Shown: piece after piece, positions 28,733-32,000 of the stretch
How positions within the stretch are numbered: position 1 is the first letter of the stretch
How the letters are laid out: the number at the start of each line of letters is the position of its first letter
Assembly: GCF_900079115.1 (NCBI RefSeq)
Contig: NZ_LT549890.1
Coordinates: 2,970,001 to 3,002,000 of the forward strand
Reading direction: 5' to 3'
Origin: Saccharolobus solfataricus
Lineage (GTDB): Archaea > Thermoproteota > Thermoprotei_A > Sulfolobales > Sulfolobaceae
DNA: 32,000 nt
Made by a program: the position numbers and the translations under genes
The notes under the pieces: generated by a model
What the model was told of the DNA's origin: nothing
Databases searched by the model: none
What the model saw: the letters and a program-made list of their open reading frames with translations, nothing else

Positions 28733-30364
28733 TTATCTCACCTTGTCTACTATAACTTGAATCACAGCTATTTTATTCTCTCTTCTCATTTTCTCTAAGC
28801 CCCTTATTAAGGCAGGCTTAATCTCCCAAGGATCCTCAACTAGTTCATAGTAGCCATGAAAAGTTTCAACAGTCTTCCCAATCTCGAACCTTCTATCAAA
28901 ATCTGCGCCAGGATAATACTTTTTACTTTTTGCTAAACCCTCAGGAAAAACCTCATCTACTGCCTCAGCTGATGCCAACCAGCCACCATTATCATAAATC
29001 ACAACCATCGTCGGATATTTCGATGCTACATAATAGAAGGCTTCCGGAACGCCAAATATAAATGAGCCATCACCAGTAGTGATAAGTACGTCCTTGTTAG
29101 TAGCTATCTTATATCCAACGCCAGCACCTAATGCGAAGCCTAGATATCCTACGGACAAGTCAGCAAAGTAAGAACCAAACTCATTTAGCCTAGCGTATCT
29201 AGGATTAAATTGATACTCATTAAATATTACCAAATTGTACTCAGACGCAACAATTCCAATTTCATATGATAAATATTTCGGATGAATTGGTTTCTTATCC
29301 TTTAATCTCTCAATCTCTTGCTTCTTATATTCTTCTTGCTTAGCCCTTAGCTCCTTAATCTCGTCATAACTCTTCGGTCTAATCGAAATATAATCAAAGA
29401 AGTTGCTGGGTGTGGATTGTATACATAGATCACATCTAAAGCCATAATATGGAATGTAAGAATAAGATGGATCAACATCAATCTTAACTATTGGAATATC
29501 TAGGTCAATTTTCTTCGGAAAATACGGCACTTCTGCCTCCACTACTAATAACAAATCACTATTTCGTAAATCAAACCTATCCAAAGCCATTGGTCCACTG
29601 CTGGGATAATTCAAAACCTCGCCAGCGTAGTTCAGAACTGGAATATTATAATTATCTGCAAATCTCCTTAGGGATTCAAACCATTCTTTTCTCCTTCCAG
29701 CCCTCCATGTTATAATTAGTGGTCTTTCTGACTTTTCCAGCATTTCCTTAGCCTTGTTAATTTTATCCGGAGAAGGTGCGGGTTCATAATAATCCATTGG
29801 TATTCTCCTAGCTTCATTAACTTCTTGAATGCTAACTTCTCTTGGCAAAACAATATATACTGGACCTCTTGGTTCACTCATCATTATTTGAATTGCTCTA
29901 GATACTACTGCTGGTAACTGATCAGCCATCCTAATTTCAAAATCGTACTTGACATATTGCCTAACCAATTCTCCTTGATCCCTAGCCTCTTGTGTCCAGT
30001 GGATTCTCAAGTTCCTGCTTGCAGTATTGCCTTTCTCAGTATATGGACTCCTCCCCGCAATAACTAAAAGTGGTATTCTGGAAGTGAACGCACTCATAAT
30101 ACCTCCCAATGCGTTTGCCGTTCCAGGTGTAGTGTGAACTGCAACAGCACTTAGCTTATTGCCTAGTGCGTAACCTATTGCAGTTGATATAGCAGTAATC
30201 TCATGAGGTACTATTTCAAATTCTGGTAAACTGGAATCTTCGACCTTAGCCTCTATTAATGAAGCGTAATCCGTACCAGATACTATAAATATTTTATTTA
30301 CCCCGCTTTCTTTAAGAAGAGATAAAAATAGCCTTCCGGCATTCATAACTAAATATTTTATCAT
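28733..30364 (-). CDS. Thiamine-diphosphate-dependent enzyme, acetolactate-synthase-like / 2-oxoacid decarboxylase family (no regulatory subunit nearby)
   Basis: 543 aa. N-terminal Pyr domain (IFIVSGTDYASL, HEITA). C-terminal ThDP motif GDGSFIFG-x(18)-DNGGW (25 residues between GDG and the Asn). Confidence 0.85.
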   Translation of the reverse strand: MIKYLVMNAGRLFLSLLKESGVNKIFIVSGTDYASLIEAKVEDSSLPEFEIVPHEITAISTAIGYALGNKLSAVAVHTTPGTANALGGIMSAFTSRIPLLVIAGRSPYTEKGNTASRNLRIHWTQEARDQGELVRQYVKYDFEIRMADQLPAVVSRAIQIMMSEPRGPVYIVLPREVSIQEVNEARRIPMDYYEPAPSPDKINKAKEMLEKSERPLIITWRAGRRKEWFESLRRFADNYNIPVLNYAGEVLNYPSSGPMALDRFDLRNSDLLLVVEAEVPYFPKKIDLDIPIVKIDVDPSYSYIPYYGFRCDLCIQSTPSNFFDYISIRPKSYDEIKELRAKQEEYKKQEIERLKDKKPIHPKYLSYEIGIVASEYNLVIFNEYQFNPRYARLNEFGSYFADLSVGYLGFALGAGVGYKIATNKDVLITTGDGSFIFGVPEAFYYVASKYPTMVVIYDNGGWLASAEAVDEVFPEGLAKSKKYYPGADFDRRFEIGKTVETFHGYYELVEDPWEIKPALIRGLEKMRRENKIAVIQVIVDKVR

Positions 30365-30502
30365 GAATATAAAATACTACCTTTCCTCCCGAAGAAAATA
30401 TTAAAGATCGATAATTTATTGTATTACGAAAAACGAATAGTGAGTATTGTTACTTTAAGAAACTAGGAAAAATTAATATACTATAAGTTCGAAATTAAAA
30501 CG

Positions 30503-31759
30503 ATGAGCAAGAAAGTAGATGAGTTGATAAAAGAGGATCAAGAATATTTGATGCAATCCTTTAGGAGATGGTATCCATTTGTAATAGATCACGGTTTTGG
30601 GGCAATAGTTTACGATATTGAAGGAAACGAGTACATTGATTTTAACGCGGGAATAGGAGTAGTTGCATTAGGCCACAAAAACGAGAAGATCATTAATGCA
30701 GTAAAGGAGCAAATGGACAAGTTTTTCCATTATAGTCTTACAGATTTCTACTATGAAGTTGCGATAGAAGTAGCGAAAAGATTATCCTCCTTAATGCCAT
30801 TCTCAGCTAAGGTATTTTATGCTAACAGTGGTACTGAGAGTGTTGAAGCAGCAATAAAGATAGCTAGAGGGCATACAGGGAGACAATGGATTATAGGTTT
30901 CATTAATTCCTTTCATGGAAGAACCTTAGGCTCCTTAGCCTTTACCTCAAGTAAAGCTATCCAAAGGAAATCGTTCTCTCCCCTTTTACCATCAACATAT
31001 TTAATCCCATATCCAGATAGGAGAGACCCACTATGTAAAGAAGAGTGTACTGAAGAGTTGTTAGGATTTATAGAAGACTGGGTTTTCAAGAAGGTAGTCG
31101 ATCCCAATGAAGTAGCTGCTTTTATTGCTGAGCCAATACAAGGAGAAGGTGGGGTTATAGTACCTCCTAAGGATTTCTTTTATAAATTGAATAATTTACT
31201 TAAGAAATTTGGAATCTTACTTATCCTTGATGAAGTACAGACTGGAATCGGAAGAACTGGGAAAATGTTCGCATTTGAGCATTTCAATGTAACGCCAGAT
31301 TTAGTATGTTTAGCTAAGGCATTAGGTGGAGGACTTCCACTGGGTGCAGTTGTTGGAAGAAAGGAGATTATGGATTTGCCTCCGGGTTCTCATGCTAACA
31401 CTTTTGGGGGAAATCCATTAGCATTGGCTGCAGCGAATGTTATTTTAGAAGAGGTTCCGAAGCTATTAGACCATGTAAGCAGTATAGGCAAGAAAATTAT
31501 CGAGGAACTAACAGATACTAGATCACCTTACTTATATGATGTCAGAGGATTAGGTCTTCTCATAGGTGCTGAGTTAAGAAAAAATGATAAACCATTTGTA
31601 GAAGGTCTAGAAAAAGTATTATATAATTCTTTCAGAAGAGGAGTATTGGCAATAGGAGCTGGAGAATCGGTAGTTAGAATAGAACCTCCGCTAATAATAA
31701 GTGAAGAGTTGGCCATGAAAGGTACTAAAATATTAAAGGAAGAAATAGAAAAACTTTAA
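30503..31759 (+). CDS. Class-III (omega) PLP aminotransferase, 4-aminobutyrate/acetylornithine aminotransferase family
   Basis: NSGTESVEAAIK, FHGRT, ILDEVQTGIGRTGKMFA, and Schiff-base Lys in DLVCLAKALGGGLPLGA. 418 aa. Confidence 0.9.
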   Translation: MSKKVDELIKEDQEYLMQSFRRWYPFVIDHGFGAIVYDIEGNEYIDFNAGIGVVALGHKNEKIINAVKEQMDKFFHYSLTDFYYEVAIEVAKRLSSLMPFSAKVFYANSGTESVEAAIKIARGHTGRQWIIGFINSFHGRTLGSLAFTSSKAIQRKSFSPLLPSTYLIPYPDRRDPLCKEECTEELLGFIEDWVFKKVVDPNEVAAFIAEPIQGEGGVIVPPKDFFYKLNNLLKKFGILLILDEVQTGIGRTGKMFAFEHFNVTPDLVCLAKALGGGLPLGAVVGRKEIMDLPPGSHANTFGGNPLALAAANVILEEVPKLLDHVSSIGKKIIEELTDTRSPYLYDVRGLGLLIGAELRKNDKPFVEGLEKVLYNSFRRGVLAIGAGESVVRIEPPLIISEELAMKGTKILKEEIEKL

Positions 31760-32000
31760 CTTTTCTTTTCTACAAAGATTAGTATTAACGATAATACTAT
31801 TAGGATGACATCGAGAGCTAAGGAGATATCTACATAATAATTAAATGGAAGTTTCTTTCCTACAAGTAATGCTGGTCCTAATCTGGTCTCACTAAGCAAT
31901 GTTAAGTCTATGGCATAGAATGCAGTAATTAACGGATAGCTATACTTTATTCCTTGAATAGCTAAGACCGCAGCTATTATAGCTAATGCTGACGTAAACC
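31756..32000 (-). CDS. Membrane protein, C-terminal fragment (5' end beyond the window)
   Basis: Not in the ORF track. My translation of the minus strand is open for 80 codons to TAA at 31758-31756: ...FTSALAIIAAVLAIQGIKYSYPLITAFYAIDLTLLSETRLGPALLVGKKLPFNYYVDISLALDVILIVLSLILIFVEKKS. Hydrophobic; family unknown. Confidence 0.5.
   Translation of the reverse strand, partial: FTSALAIIAAVLAIQGIKYSYPLITAFYAIDLTLLSETRLGPALLVGKKLPFNYYVDISLALDVILIVLSLILIFVEKKS

Overview
AT-rich, tightly packed crenarchaeal chromosome segment. It is almost certainly Saccharolobus (Sulfolobus) solfataricus or a very close relative. The 15383-16267 product reads MPEIITPIITPFTKDNRIDKEKLKIHAENLIRKG..., which I recognise as the S. 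solfataricus KD(P)G aldolase. It sits in the known gad-kdgA-kdgK-gapN Entner-Doudoroff cluster, which from memory is SSO3198-SSO3194 in strain P2 (to be confirmed by BLAST). I call 31 protein-coding genes, two of them truncated by the window edges. They include the ED cluster (12.8-17.5 kb) and a nearby glucose-1-dehydrogenase paralog with AMP-forming acetyl-CoA synthetase. There are two paralogous Hanks-type Ser/Thr kinases, one fused to a polytopic membrane domain and one to TPR repeats. There are three solute transporters (two APC, one MFS), a CaCA-type exchanger and a ClC channel with CBS domains. Redox enzymes comprise a stand-alone MopB molybdoenzyme, a SUOX-fold protein, a 2-hydroxyacid dehydrogenase, an aldo/keto reductase and a ThDP enzyme. 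The rest are a class-III aminotransferase, USP, RidA, a CBS-only protein, a small wHTH regulator and several small or unknown proteins. I found no rRNA, tRNA, CRISPR array, transposase, integrase or recognisable defence genes. This looks like core or shell chromosome rather than a mobile or defence island, and I cannot point to a clear-cut novel system. The items most worth a second look are the following. (i) The two non-RD kinases share a 28-residue catalytic-loop-to-DLG spacer and have distinct sensor modules and odd neighbours: a glycoprotein partner, a 22-codon upstream ORF abutting a GTG start, and a 62-aa Cys/His protein. (ii) A SUOX-fold gene overlaps a DUF123 (GIY-YIG-like) gene in an ATGA junction. 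(iii) A ThDP-enzyme/AKR operon lies divergent from an omega-aminotransferase and could define a succinic-semialdehyde node. (iv) A GC-enriched, hairpin-containing stretch lies in a 509-bp ORF-free intergenic region, and a 434-bp ORF-free spacer lies between two convergent genes. All functional calls rest on motif recognition by eye, and no searches were run.
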